Assembly: GCA_965224485.1 (NCBI GenBank)
Contig: CBDCZH010000016.1
Span: 244,616-308,615 of the forward strand
Direction: 5' to 3'
DNA from: Arcobacteraceae bacterium
Lineage (GTDB): Bacteria > Campylobacterota > Campylobacteria > Campylobacterales > Arcobacteraceae
Length of the DNA stretch: 64,000 bases
Part shown: positions 19,758 to 29,960 of the stretch, in pieces
How the letters are laid out: each line of letters opens with the position of its first letter
Numbering within the stretch: the first letter of the stretch is position 1
The notes under the pieces: model-generated
Databases searched by the model: none
What the model saw: the letters and a program-made list of their open reading frames with translations, nothing else
What the model was told of the DNA's origin: nothing
Program-made: the position numbers and the translations under genes

Positions 19758-20008
19758 TATATAGCCTTTCTCTATATTTTATTACTATTATATATAATAA
19801 AACTTTAATTTAGGTAAAATAAATAAATTACTATATTAGATATAATTTTTACAAATTTTGAAGTTCTTACTGATTAAAATATAGAGAAATCAAATAAAAT
19901 AGTACTTTTATCTATATTATTTTAAGCTTTGCATAAGTTTTATGTAAATAAAAACCCACTATAATTCTATGAAAATTTAATTACAAAATAGTTACATAAA
20001 GGTTTACT

Positions 20009-21589
20009 TTGGATTTTAAAACAATTGAGAAATTTGATCAAGCAGCTGAGCGTACATTACCTGGTTTTGCAAAGCTGTCTTTAGCACTATTATTTATGGT
20101 TCTAGTTTTTTTATGGTCATACAATTCTTATGGAGATATTCCTAATAATACTTTTTTAATAATAGGGGCAGTATTTGGAGCTTATATGGCTATGAATATT
20201 GGTGCTAATGATGTTGCTAATAATGTAGGGCCTGCTGTTGGTTCTAAAGCTATGACTATGATGTGGGCAATTATAATAGCCGCACTCTTTGAAGCCTTAG
20301 GTGCTTTTGTTGCAGGTGGAGATGTTGTTGAAACAATAAAAAAAGGTATTATAGATCCAGCTTTAATAGCAGATCCTCAAATCTTTATCTGGCTTATGAT
20401 TTCTGCTTTATTATCAGCTGCCTTGTGGCTTAATTTTGCAACTTCAATAGGAGCACCTGTTTCTACAACTCACTCAATTGTAGGTGGAGTTATGGGTGCA
20501 GGTGTTGCAGCAGCTGGTTTTGCAATTGTTGATTGGAATACAATGGCAAAAATTGCTTCTTCTTGGATTATATCTCCTGTTTTAGGAGGAATTGTAGCTG
20601 CCTCCTTTTTATATTTTATAAAAAGAAAAATAATTTACCAAAAAGATATGATAGCCGCCTCAAAAGTTTTTGTTCCAATTCTAATATCTTTGATGACTTG
20701 GGCTTTTTCTACATATTTGATTGTAAAAGGTTTAAAAAGAGTTATTAGAGTTGATTTTATTACTGCTTTAGGGCTAGGTCTATTCATTGCAATTATTGTT
20801 TATTTCTTAGTTAAACCTCTTGTATGTAAAGCTTCTTTAAAGATTGAAAATACTAGATTAGGTATTAATTCATTATTTACTATTCCTTTAATTTTTGCAG
20901 CTGCTATGTTATCTTTTGCACATGGGGCAAATGATGTAGCAAATGCAATTGGACCCTTGGCTGCTATTAGTGATGCTGTGATGAGTTCTGGAATTTCTAC
21001 AAGTGTTGGTATTCCTTTTTGGGTAATGGCAATTGGAGCTTTAGGTATTGCTGTTGGACTTGCTTTATATGGTCCTAAGCTAATTAAAACAGTTGGTTCA
21101 GAAATTACAGACTTAGATCAAATTAGAGCCTTCTCTATAGCTATGGCTGCTGCTCTTACTGTTATTATTGCTTCTCAACTAGGACTTCCAGTTTCTTCAA
21201 CTCATATTGCTGTTGGTGGAGTTTTTGGTGTTGGTTTTTTAAGAGAGTATTTAGATTCATCTGAAAGTAAGTTCATTTCAGAAATGAGAAAAAGATTTAA
21301 AAAAGATAAAAGAATACTTGATAAATATGAACTCGAATTATTAGAAGTAGAAGGTATTGAGAAAAAATCAAAAGCTGATTATAAAAAGATTGTAGAATTA
21401 TATAATTTAATTGAAACTAAACAAGAGTTAGTAAAAGAAGATAAGAAAAACTTTAAATCTGCAAAAAGAATTAAATATGTAAAAAGAGATGCAGTTAAAA
21501 AGATTATTGCTGCTTGGATTATTACTGTTCCTGCTGCTTCATTATTATCTGCTAGTATCTTTTTTATGATAAAAGGTATTATGTCTTAG
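20009..21589 (+). CDS. PiT family inorganic phosphate transporter
   Basis: Two GANDVAN signatures, PVSTTH and PVSSTH. Confidence 0.95.
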   Translation: MDFKTIEKFDQAAERTLPGFAKLSLALLFMVLVFLWSYNSYGDIPNNTFLIIGAVFGAYMAMNIGANDVANNVGPAVGSKAMTMMWAIIIAALFEALGAFVAGGDVVETIKKGIIDPALIADPQIFIWLMISALLSAALWLNFATSIGAPVSTTHSIVGGVMGAGVAAAGFAIVDWNTMAKIASSWIISPVLGGIVAASFLYFIKRKIIYQKDMIAASKVFVPILISLMTWAFSTYLIVKGLKRVIRVDFITALGLGLFIAIIVYFLVKPLVCKASLKIENTRLGINSLFTIPLIFAAAMLSFAHGANDVANAIGPLAAISDAVMSSGISTSVGIPFWVMAIGALGIAVGLALYGPKLIKTVGSEITDLDQIRAFSIAMAAALTVIIASQLGLPVSSTHIAVGGVFGVGFLREYLDSSESKFISEMRKRFKKDKRILDKYELELLEVEGIEKKSKADYKKIVELYNLIETKQELVKEDKKNFKSAKRIKYVKRDAVKKIIAAWIITVPAASLLSASIFFMIKGIMS

Positions 21590-21606
21590 CTTATATAATT
21601 ACTTTT

Positions 21607-21637
21607 GCATAAGCAGGCTCTTAAAGCCCACTTATGC
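21607..21637 (+). terminator. Hairpin after the PiT gene
   Basis: GCATAAG-CAGGCT...AGCCCA-CTTATGC inverted repeat. Confidence 0.5.
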
Positions 21638-21665
21638 TAGTATTCCTTTTTTATAAAGGACTACA

Positions 21666-22580
21666 ATCGAAGCTTTAATTTCTGTTGCTACTGTTTACCT
21701 TTTTATTGTTATTGGTTTTTTCTTAAAATTGACATTTAAAGATGAGATAAATGAAAGAAGTTTTGTTCTTCTCAATTTATATTTTTTACAACCAATTTTG
21801 ATCTTTTGGGGACTTACTAGAGCTCCTTTAACTTTTGATATTCTATTATCACCTTTGATATATTATTTAGTGATTTTTCTAACTTTATTTATAGCTTTTT
21901 TATATGCAAAAGTATTTATAAAAGACAAAATAGATAAATCAATCTTTTTAGCCTCATCTTTAGTTGGAAATACTGGTAATTTAGGTATTCCTTTAGGAAT
22001 AGCATTTTTTGGTTTAGCTTCTGTTCCATATACTTCTATTTTAAATATTGCAAATATCTTTTATATTTATATTTTTTCTGTATTTTTCTTTGCAGGTGAA
22101 AAATTTTCCCTAAAATCTTCCATGAAAAATATTTTTAAAATACCAGCTATCTGGTTTACTATTGCTGCTTTATTATTTAATTATTTTGGTTTTACTTTAA
22201 ACGAAAACTTTGATAAAGTTTTTACTATGGGTGCTTATAGTGCTATTGTAATGCAATTAATAGTTTTTGGTATTTTTATAAGCAAGGTTAAGATTAAAAC
22301 AGCAAATTATAAACTATCTTTTAATATTGTTTTATTTAAACATTTTATTCTTCCTTTTATAGCTCTTGTAATAATTTATTTTTTTAAACTGCCAATGTTT
22401 TTAGGAGTAATTTTATTTTTGGAATGTATGGTTCCTTTGGCTGTAAACAATGTAAATCTAGCTTCTTTGTATAATTGTAAACCTGTTGATGTAACTTTTA
22501 GTATTATAGTTTCTACTTTAGTTTTTACTATTTTAGTTTATTTTTATACCTTAATTATAAATAACTATTTTGGATTTTAA
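21666..22580 (+). CDS. AEC (auxin efflux carrier/malate permease) family transporter; apparent ATC start
   Basis: GNTGNLGIPL motif, 10-TM pattern; the frame extends 21 codons upstream of the called TTG to an ATC behind AAGGA. Confidence 0.85.
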   Translation: MEALISVATVYLFIVIGFFLKLTFKDEINERSFVLLNLYFLQPILIFWGLTRAPLTFDILLSPLIYYLVIFLTLFIAFLYAKVFIKDKIDKSIFLASSLVGNTGNLGIPLGIAFFGLASVPYTSILNIANIFYIYIFSVFFFAGEKFSLKSSMKNIFKIPAIWFTIAALLFNYFGFTLNENFDKVFTMGAYSAIVMQLIVFGIFISKVKIKTANYKLSFNIVLFKHFILPFIALVIIYFFKLPMFLGVILFLECMVPLAVNNVNLASLYNCKPVDVTFSIIVSTLVFTILVYFYTLIINNYFGF

Positions 22581-24358
22581 ATGTGTGGAATATTAGGTAG
22601 TAACTTTTCTTCCAATAATTTTGAAAAAGCCTTAGATAATTTACAAAATAGGGGTCCTGATTTTAGTAAAACTGTTAAAATAAATAATAATAGTTTTGGA
22701 CATACAAGACTTAGTATTATTGACTTAGATAATGAAGCTAACCAGCCTATGGTTTATGATGATCTTTTAATTGTTTTTAATGGTGAAATTTATAACTATA
22801 AAGAACTTACAAAAGATGAAAACTTAGAGTGCAAAACTCTTAGTGATACCGAAGTAATTATAAGACTTTATCAAAAATATGAGAAAGATTTTTTAAATAA
22901 ACTCGAAGGTATGTTCTCTTTTTGTCTTTATGATATGAAAAAAAATAGATTTTTTTGCGCACGTGATAGATTTGGTAAAAAACCATTTTTTTACTATTTA
23001 AAAGATAATAAGTTTATTTTTTCTTCTTCTTTAAACTCAATTATTACTATTTTAGGATTTACTCCTACTTTAAATAAAGTTGCACTTTCAAAGTATATGC
23101 AGTATTTTGTCTCTTTTGGAGAAGATAGTTTTTATAAAGATATTAAAAAACTTGAAGCTTCTTCTTATTTGATCTATGAAAATTCAAATCTTTTTATCAA
23201 AAAATATTATAAAATAAATACCTATAAAAAAATAAAAGATGAAAAAACTGCACTTAAAGATATAGAAGAGTTATTATTTTCTTCAGTTTCAAAAAGAATT
23301 GAAGCTGATGTTGAAGTAGGGTGTTTATTAAGTGGAGGAATTGATAGTTCTTTATTATGCGCTTTATATACTAAAATATCTGGTAAAAAAATTAACACTT
23401 TTTCTGTTGGTTATGAGGGTTATGATAATTATTGTGAATTAAAATATGCAAAAATAGCTTCTGATGCAATTTCTTCTAATCATCATGCTTTAAAAATAAA
23501 TCAAAAAGATTTTATTTCTAATCTAGACTTTGCATTAGATGCATTAGAAGAACCTCATGGGGATTCGGCTGCTATTCCTTTGTATTGTTTAACAAAAAAG
23601 ATACATAAAAGTGGAATTAAAACTGTTTTAAGTGGAGAAGGAAGTGATGAATTATTTTTGGGATATGATAATTATGCTAAGTTTTTACGTTATTATGAAT
23701 TTCAAGACTCTCTACAAGATGGGCAAAATAATTTTTGAATTCTATTATTTCTGCCTTGCAAAATAATACAAAAGAGAGTGAGTATTTAAGAAGAATAGTT
23801 AAAAAACAGAACTTATATAACAGTTTTGGTGAGATTTATACAGATATTCAAAAGAAAAGACTTTTTAAAAAAGTACCGTCTTTTAAAGCAGAAAAAGCAA
23901 AAAAAGATCCAGTTGATTGGATGAGTTATATTGATCTAAAAATTTGGTTAGGTGAGTCTTTATTAAGTAAGGTTGATAGAATTTCTATGAGTAATTCTTT
24001 AGAAGTAAGAACACCTTTTTTAGATTCAGCTCTTGTTTCTTATGTGTTTTCTATTGATTCAAAAATCAAAATAGGTAATACAAACAAGTATTTACTTAAA
24101 AAAATTGCAGGTAAATATATACCTGATGTTATTATAAATAGAGTAAAAAAAGGTTTTAATTCACCTTATAATGAGTGGATGTTTAAAGAATATAAGGACA
24201 GTATTCTATTTTTAATTTTAGAAGTTAATAGGGAAACTGATTTATTTAATGAAGTTTATATTAAACATATTTATAATCTTGCAAAAGAAGGAAAATTCAA
24301 ACAACACCTTTGGTCTTTGTTTGTTTTTTCAAAATGGTACAAAAAAACCTATTTATAA
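22581..24358 (+). CDS. asnB: Asparagine synthase (glutamine-hydrolysing); apparent frameshift at about 23731-23736
   Basis: MCGI N-terminus, RGPD, NGEIYN, LSGGIDSS, SGEGSDELF; second ORF has KVDRISMSNSLEVRTPFLD. Confidence 0.9.
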
Positions 24359-24435
24359 GTTTTTTACTAGTAAAATAATTTATCTATTTACTAAATCTTA
24401 AAACATAAGCAAAAATTGCTTAAATAAGGAAAACA

Positions 24436-24738
24436 ATGACAGTTTTACTACCTCTTGATAGTACAAATAGATATGAATCTAGATTATGCTCAATTGAAGA
24501 GAATAAAACCTGGGCTTTAGTGACATTAGAAGATGGACAAATATCTTCTTGTGTTTTTTATTCTAGGCGTGAAGATATACTTGATTGTATTGAAAGCATT
24601 GTTGTTATAAATGAACAAGAGTATATTTGGCCTTTTATGGAAGAAGGTATTATTGTTTTAATTGCACCTGTTCAAAGAAGTATTGATGAAATTATTGAAG
24701 CTTTTTTATTTAAAGAGTTACATGATTTATCTATTTAG
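24436..24738 (+). CDS. Small acidic hypothetical protein, possibly NifB/NifX-like fold
   Basis: Good RBS (AAGGA); family assignment weak. Confidence 0.6.
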   Translation: MTVLLPLDSTNRYESRLCSIEENKTWALVTLEDGQISSCVFYSRREDILDCIESIVVINEQEYIWPFMEEGIIVLIAPVQRSIDEIIEAFLFKELHDLSI

Positions 24739-24768
24739 TTATATATCTTATTTTATAAAAGGACAAAA

Positions 24769-25890
24769 ATGAAGAAATTTTTAATTATATTGTTTATAAG
24801 TACTCTTATGTTTACAGGATGTACTGAAGAAAAAAGTAAGAAAATTCTTAAGACTCAAGAAGCTAAAGAAGTTAAAAACGTTAAAGATGAAAAAACCTAT
24901 CATCTTAAATTAGCAACAACTTGGGGACCTACTTTAAGTCCTTTAATTGATACTCCTAAAAACATGGCAAAAATGGTTGAACTTATGTCAAATGGAAGAT
25001 TAATAATAAGAGTTGATTCTTCAAATAAACATAAATCACCCTTAGGTATTTTTGATATGGTAAAAGCAGGGCAGTATGATATTGGGCATAGTGCTTCTTA
25101 TTATTGGAAAGGTAAAGATTTAGCAACACTGCCTTTTACTTCTATGCCTTTTGGTTTAACTGCTCCTGAACAGTATGCTTGGTTTTATTATGCAGGTGGT
25201 TTAGAATTAATGCAAAAAGTTTATTCTAAACATGGTATGTTGTCTTTTCCAGGAGGTAGCACTGGTGTACAAATGGGTGGTTGGTTTAGAACTGAAATTC
25301 TTACTCTTGATGATTTAAAAGGTCTTAAGATGAGAATACCAGGTTTTGCAGGTGAAATTATGGCAAAACTTGGAGTTCAAGTTACAAATATTGCTCCTGG
25401 TGAATTATATACAGCTTTAGATAGAAATAATATTGACGCTTTAGAGTGGGTAGGGCCATCAATGGATATAAAGATGGGTTTCCATAAGATTGCACCATAT
25501 TATTACTCTGGATGGCATGAGCCTGCTTCTGAGATGCAATATATGATAAATAAAAAAGCTTATAATAAATTACCAAAAGATTTACAAGAAATTCTAAGAG
25601 TTGCTATTAGATTATCTGCTTATGATATGTATGCTCAAAATTATGATATGAATGCAAAAGCTTGGTATAAAATGAAAAAAGAAATTCCTACTATTAAGCT
25701 AAGAACTTTTCCAAAAGAAATAATGACTGCTATGAAGAAAGCAAATAAGGAATTAAGAGATGAACTATCTTTAAAATCACCCTTATTAAAAGAAGTATTG
25801 GCTTCACAAGACGCATATATGAAAAAAGTAAGACTTTGGACACAAATGAGTGATTATTTGTACTTAAAAGATAATTTAATAGAAGAATAG
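24769..25890 (+). CDS. dctP: Orphan TRAP substrate-binding lipoprotein, paralog of 7830..8930
   Basis: Lipobox FTGC; shares KLATTWGPTLSP, HSASYYWKGKD, MSDYLYLKDNL with the first copy. Confidence 0.93.
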   Translation: MKKFLIILFISTLMFTGCTEEKSKKILKTQEAKEVKNVKDEKTYHLKLATTWGPTLSPLIDTPKNMAKMVELMSNGRLIIRVDSSNKHKSPLGIFDMVKAGQYDIGHSASYYWKGKDLATLPFTSMPFGLTAPEQYAWFYYAGGLELMQKVYSKHGMLSFPGGSTGVQMGGWFRTEILTLDDLKGLKMRIPGFAGEIMAKLGVQVTNIAPGELYTALDRNNIDALEWVGPSMDIKMGFHKIAPYYYSGWHEPASEMQYMINKKAYNKLPKDLQEILRVAIRLSAYDMYAQNYDMNAKAWYKMKKEIPTIKLRTFPKEIMTAMKKANKELRDELSLKSPLLKEVLASQDAYMKKVRLWTQMSDYLYLKDNLIEE

Positions 25891-25896
25891 ATATAT

Positions 25897-25931
25897 TTTC
25901 TTTTCATTTATAGTATATAAATGAAAAGAAA
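25897..25931. terminator. Bidirectional hairpin between convergent genes
   Basis: TTTCTTTTCATTTATA-GTA-TATAAATGAAAAGAAA. Confidence 0.7.
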
Positions 25932-25944
25932 TTCTAAATTTATT

Positions 25945-26685
25945 TTAAAAATTAGGATTAAATCCTGAGTCAAAGTCATTTTGAAAACTAGAAAAATCTT
26001 GCACATTTGGATCTTTATATCCAGCTTGAACTGCTTTTATTCTTAATTTTAATATATCATTTTTTGAGTCTATTAATTGTGGACAAACCATAGTACAGTT
26101 TCCACATAAGGTACAATCCCAAATACCATTTTCTTGTATGCTTTCTAACTTTAAACTTGTATTATTTTCTTTTTTATCATTAACATAACGTAAAACTCTA
26201 CTAAGGGCAAAAGGTCCTAAAAAATCACTATTTACTGTATATACTGGGCAAGCGCTATAGCAGTTTTGACACAATATACATTTGCTTAAAGTATCAATTT
26301 TTTCTTCATCTTTTTTTAAAATAAGATCTTTTTTATACTCTTGTAAAAATGCTTTTGATCTTTTTAATACAATTTTCTGATTTTTTAGATTTATTACTAA
26401 ATCTTTTATAAGTGAGAAGTTATTTAAAGGTGAAATTTCATCATTTGCTTTAACTTTGTGCTTACAAGCTAAGGTTTCAACTCCATTTACTATTAGTGAA
26501 CAAGAACCACATACGCCACTTCTACATCCTGATCTATATGTTAAGCTTGCATCTGTATTTTCTTTGATTTGATCTAATGTTTCTAAAAGATTTTGTCTAT
26601 TTTTAATTTCTATTTTGTAGTCTTGTGTATAAAATTTTTCTTTTAAGTCTATATTAAAACGATGTATTTTGATACTTGTTTTCAT
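25945..26685 (-). CDS. Succinate dehydrogenase/fumarate reductase-like Fe-S subunit
   Basis: CRSGVCGSC...C, CILCQNCYSACP, CTLCGNCTMVCP. Confidence 0.92.
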   Translation of the reverse strand: MKTSIKIHRFNIDLKEKFYTQDYKIEIKNRQNLLETLDQIKENTDASLTYRSGCRSGVCGSCSLIVNGVETLACKHKVKANDEISPLNNFSLIKDLVINLKNQKIVLKRSKAFLQEYKKDLILKKDEEKIDTLSKCILCQNCYSACPVYTVNSDFLGPFALSRVLRYVNDKKENNTSLKLESIQENGIWDCTLCGNCTMVCPQLIDSKNDILKLRIKAVQAGYKDPNVQDFSSFQNDFDSGFNPNF

Positions 26686-28292
26686 TATATTATATCCTCA
26701 AAATAAAACAATAATTTTTCATTTTTAAGTGTACAAATTGAGTTTTTTTCAAAAGAATCATCTACTTTTTTATAATCCTCTCTATAATGAGCTCCTCTGC
26801 TTTCACATCTATTTAAAGATGATGTAGAAACTATAAATGCTAAGTCTAATAAATTTTTAAACTCTAAGAACTCTTGTAAGTTTTTATTATAAACCCTTTG
26901 TTTATCATCTATTCCCATTAAATTCATATTTTTTGTAATTATATTAATTTCTTTTTGTGCTTTCTTCATATCTTTTTCATTTTTAACTAAGCCAAAATTT
27001 TCAAAAAACAACTTTCCTAAGAATGTTTTACTTTTATAAAAATTAAGTTCATTTTTTCGTAAAAAAATATTTTCTATATATTTTTTATCTTCAATAAATA
27101 CTAAAGAATTTTCATCTTTTGTAGAATATTTTACATCTAAACTTCTTATAGAAGCTTCTTTCCCTACAATTCTACCAAAAGTTATAAGTTCTAATAAGGA
27201 GTTTCCTCCTATTCTATTTGCCCCATGAAGACCATTTTGAGCACATTCCCCAACAGCAAAAAGATTTTGTACATTAGTGTGACCTTTTATATTAGTTTTG
27301 ATTCCTCCCATACTATAGTGCGCGGCTGGATTAATACTTATTAGTTCTTCTTCTATTTTTATTCCTAAAAAATTATATGCTAAAGTTCTTTCTTGCGGTA
27401 GAAGCTCTTTTATCTTTTCTAATCCTAAGTGTCTTAAATCTAAGTATACTTCTTCATTATTTTTAGTTTTTTCATTAATTGCACGAGATACTATATCTCT
27501 TGCTTGTAATTCATCTACAAAACGCTTTTTATTTTTATCAAGTAAGTAGCCACCTTCTGCTCTAGCACTTTCAGATATAAGTATATTATTATCTTTCATA
27601 GCAGTTGGATGAAACTGTATATATTCCATATTAGAGAGTTCTGCTCCTGCATTTAACGCTGCTATATGAGCATCACCAGTTGTTTGATTTGAATTTGTAG
27701 TGTATTTATTGTATAAATTACAGTAACCACCAGTGGCTAGTATAATTGTTTTAGCAAATATCTCTTTTATTATAGTTTTTTCTATGTCTAAAACAGTAAT
27801 TCCAATGGCTTTTTTATTCTTAATAATGATATTTAATAGCATATGCTCATTTAAGTATGGGATATCTTGTTTTAGGGTTTCATCATATAAAGTATGTAAA
27901 ATTTTTAAACCTGTATAATCAGAACTATAACAAGTTCTACTTTGAGAACTTGCTCCAAACATTCTTTGTTTTATATTTCCTTTTTCATCTCTTGAAAAAG
28001 GAACACCTAATTTATCCAAATAATCTATACTTTCTTTTGCATTTTTACATGCTGTTTTGATAACTAAGTTTGAACCGAGTTTATGGGCTGATTTTTTTGT
28101 ATCATTTATGTGCAATAAAATAGATTCTTCATTTTCATCTAAAACAGCATTAATTCCACCTTGTGCTTGTACACTTTGAGAATGTGTAGAATAAGTTTTA
28201 GAAACAATTAAAACTTTTTTATTTTGCTCTTTTGCTAAAAGAGCAGCACATAAACCAGCTCCGCCTGAACCTACAACTAAAACGTCAAGCAT
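26685..28292 (-). CDS. Succinate dehydrogenase/fumarate reductase-like flavoprotein
   Basis: GSGGAG, AQGGINA, QFHPT, HYSMGG, HGANRIGGNSL, ESRGAHYR. Confidence 0.92.
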   Translation of the reverse strand: MLDVLVVGSGGAGLCAALLAKEQNKKVLIVSKTYSTHSQSVQAQGGINAVLDENEESILLHINDTKKSAHKLGSNLVIKTACKNAKESIDYLDKLGVPFSRDEKGNIKQRMFGASSQSRTCYSSDYTGLKILHTLYDETLKQDIPYLNEHMLLNIIIKNKKAIGITVLDIEKTIIKEIFAKTIILATGGYCNLYNKYTTNSNQTTGDAHIAALNAGAELSNMEYIQFHPTAMKDNNILISESARAEGGYLLDKNKKRFVDELQARDIVSRAINEKTKNNEEVYLDLRHLGLEKIKELLPQERTLAYNFLGIKIEEELISINPAAHYSMGGIKTNIKGHTNVQNLFAVGECAQNGLHGANRIGGNSLLELITFGRIVGKEASIRSLDVKYSTKDENSLVFIEDKKYIENIFLRKNELNFYKSKTFLGKLFFENFGLVKNEKDMKKAQKEINIITKNMNLMGIDDKQRVYNKNLQEFLEFKNLLDLAFIVSTSSLNRCESRGAHYREDYKKVDDSFEKNSICTLKNEKLLFYFEDII

Positions 28293-28293
28293 T

Positions 28294-28866
28294 TTAGTCC
28301 CAAAATTCTTTTAACTTTTGTCTAATAGTTCCATTTCTTATATCTTGATCTTTATTATCATCTTTTCCCATACTTGCTAATACTTCTTTTAAAGCATCTT
28401 GATTGCTAGCAAGTGATTTTCTTCTAATTTCTTTATTTGGTAGTTCCTGCATATCTTCTCCTAAAAGCTTTTCTTCGTCATTTAGTAAATCATTTGCATT
28501 AAAATCGCTTATTTGCTCTATCTCTAGAAGTTCATTAGAAATTATTAGTTTTCCGTTCTTTTTTGTTATTATTTCTTCTGTTTTTACTATTTTTATCTTT
28601 TTTTCTTCTATTTTTGGGGCTTGTATTTTTTTTCTAGGAATTATTGTTTTTTCCAATAATGTTTTTGTTCCTTTCATTCTAAGATACTCATCCATTATGA
28701 TTTCATAAGTTTCAAAATTAAGTAACATAAAACTAGGTTTTCCATCTCTTAAAATAATTGCTTTTTCAATTTCTTTATTATTTAGTTTTTCGTAAATTGA
28801 TTTACTCTTTCTAATAAGTTCAGTTGAAGAAAACATTTCTTTCGATGTATATTGCAATAAACTCAT
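28294..28866 (-). CDS. Hypothetical protein with Phd/YefM-like N-terminal region
   Basis: ATG 28866 behind AAGGA; FSSTELIRK...AIILRDGKPSFMLL. Confidence 0.6.
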   Translation of the reverse strand: MSLLQYTSKEMFSSTELIRKSKSIYEKLNNKEIEKAIILRDGKPSFMLLNFETYEIIMDEYLRMKGTKTLLEKTIIPRKKIQAPKIEEKKIKIVKTEEIITKKNGKLIISNELLEIEQISDFNANDLLNDEEKLLGEDMQELPNKEIRRKSLASNQDALKEVLASMGKDDNKDQDIRNGTIRQKLKEFWD

Positions 28867-28880
28867 TTTAATCCTTTGCG

Positions 28881-29804
28881 TCAAGATATGATTGAATATT
28901 TTTTTATTATTCCTTGAAGTAATCTTTTTCTTGCTTCAATTGAAGACCATGCAATATGAGGTGTGATTATTAGTCTATCTTTTTCTTTTATGCATTTTAA
29001 AGGATTATACATATCAATTGGTTCTTTTTCTAATACATCTAAAGCACAATAAATTTCTTTTTTATCAATTATTTTTGCTAAATCATCTTCATTTATTATT
29101 CCACCACGACCAACATTAATTAAAATAGCTTTGTTTTTTAATTTACTTAAATTCTTTTTATTTAATAAGTTTTTCGTCTTTTCGTTTAATGGTGCATGAA
29201 TAGAAATTACATCTGAATTTTTTAATAAATCATTTAGTTCTTTTCTATCGTATTGTGTATTGTAGTTTGCATTAGAAGTTGAATAATAACTCACATTACA
29301 AGAAAAAGCTTTTGCAATACCAGCAACTTTTAATCCAATACTACCTAGACCAATAATTCCCCAATTTTTACCTTCTAATTCATTAAAAGGTTTATCTAAA
29401 TGCGTGAAAATTGGTGATTTTTCCCATTTTCCATCTTTTACATAAGTAGTGTAATATGATGTTTTTTGTATTAGCTCTAAAGCAAGAGCTAGAGTCAGTT
29501 GTGCCACTGATGCAGTTGAATAACCAGCTACATTCATTACAGGAAGATTAATCTCTTTTGCATAGTCTAGGTCAATATTATTTGTTCCTGTTGCTGCTAT
29601 ACAAATTAGTTTAAGATTTGATTTTTTCATTGTATCTTTAGTAATTAGAACTTTATTAGTAATAACAATATCAGCATCACAAACTCTTTGTGCGACATTA
29701 TCTTCGTTTGAATGTTCGTAAGTCACTACTTCACCAAATTTATTAAACTCTTCAAGTGACATATCATTACCAAGTGTCAGTTTGTCTAAAAATACGATTT
29801 TCAT
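28881..29804 (-). CDS. D-2-hydroxyacid dehydrogenase (glycerate dehydrogenase-like)
   Basis: ATGTNNID, GLGSIG, NVGRG, LDVLEKEP, TPHIAW; C-terminus possibly frameshifted in an A7 run. Confidence 0.93.
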   Translation of the reverse strand: MKIVFLDKLTLGNDMSLEEFNKFGEVVTYEHSNEDNVAQRVCDADIVITNKVLITKDTMKKSNLKLICIAATGTNNIDLDYAKEINLPVMNVAGYSTASVAQLTLALALELIQKTSYYTTYVKDGKWEKSPIFTHLDKPFNELEGKNWGIIGLGSIGLKVAGIAKAFSCNVSYYSTSNANYNTQYDRKELNDLLKNSDVISIHAPLNEKTKNLLNKKNLSKLKNKAILINVGRGGIINEDDLAKIIDKKEIYCALDVLEKEPIDMYNPLKCIKEKDRLIITPHIAWSSIEARKRLLQGIIKKYSIIS

Positions 29805-29894
29805 TACATCTTCCTTTGTGTATTATTATACGCATAATATAACAAAAACTTAATAAAAATAATATTAATCTAAAAAATATTTTCTATGAAATTT

Positions 29895-29939
29895 ACAAAA
29901 AAAAAGAGCTTTTTAATTAAAAAAAGCTCTTTTTTTTGT
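29895..29939 (-). terminator. Intrinsic terminator after the PhoH-family gene
   Basis: A-tract-GAGCTTTTT...AAAAAGCTC-T-tract inverted repeat. Confidence 0.7.
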
Positions 29940-29960
29940 TTTTAAATCTAGACAAATGAA

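Noticed and set aside
23731..23738. TGA read-through (selenocysteine) or programmed frameshift in asnB
   Set aside because: The continuation is in another frame and one extra T in a T run restores the gene; no recoding signal seen
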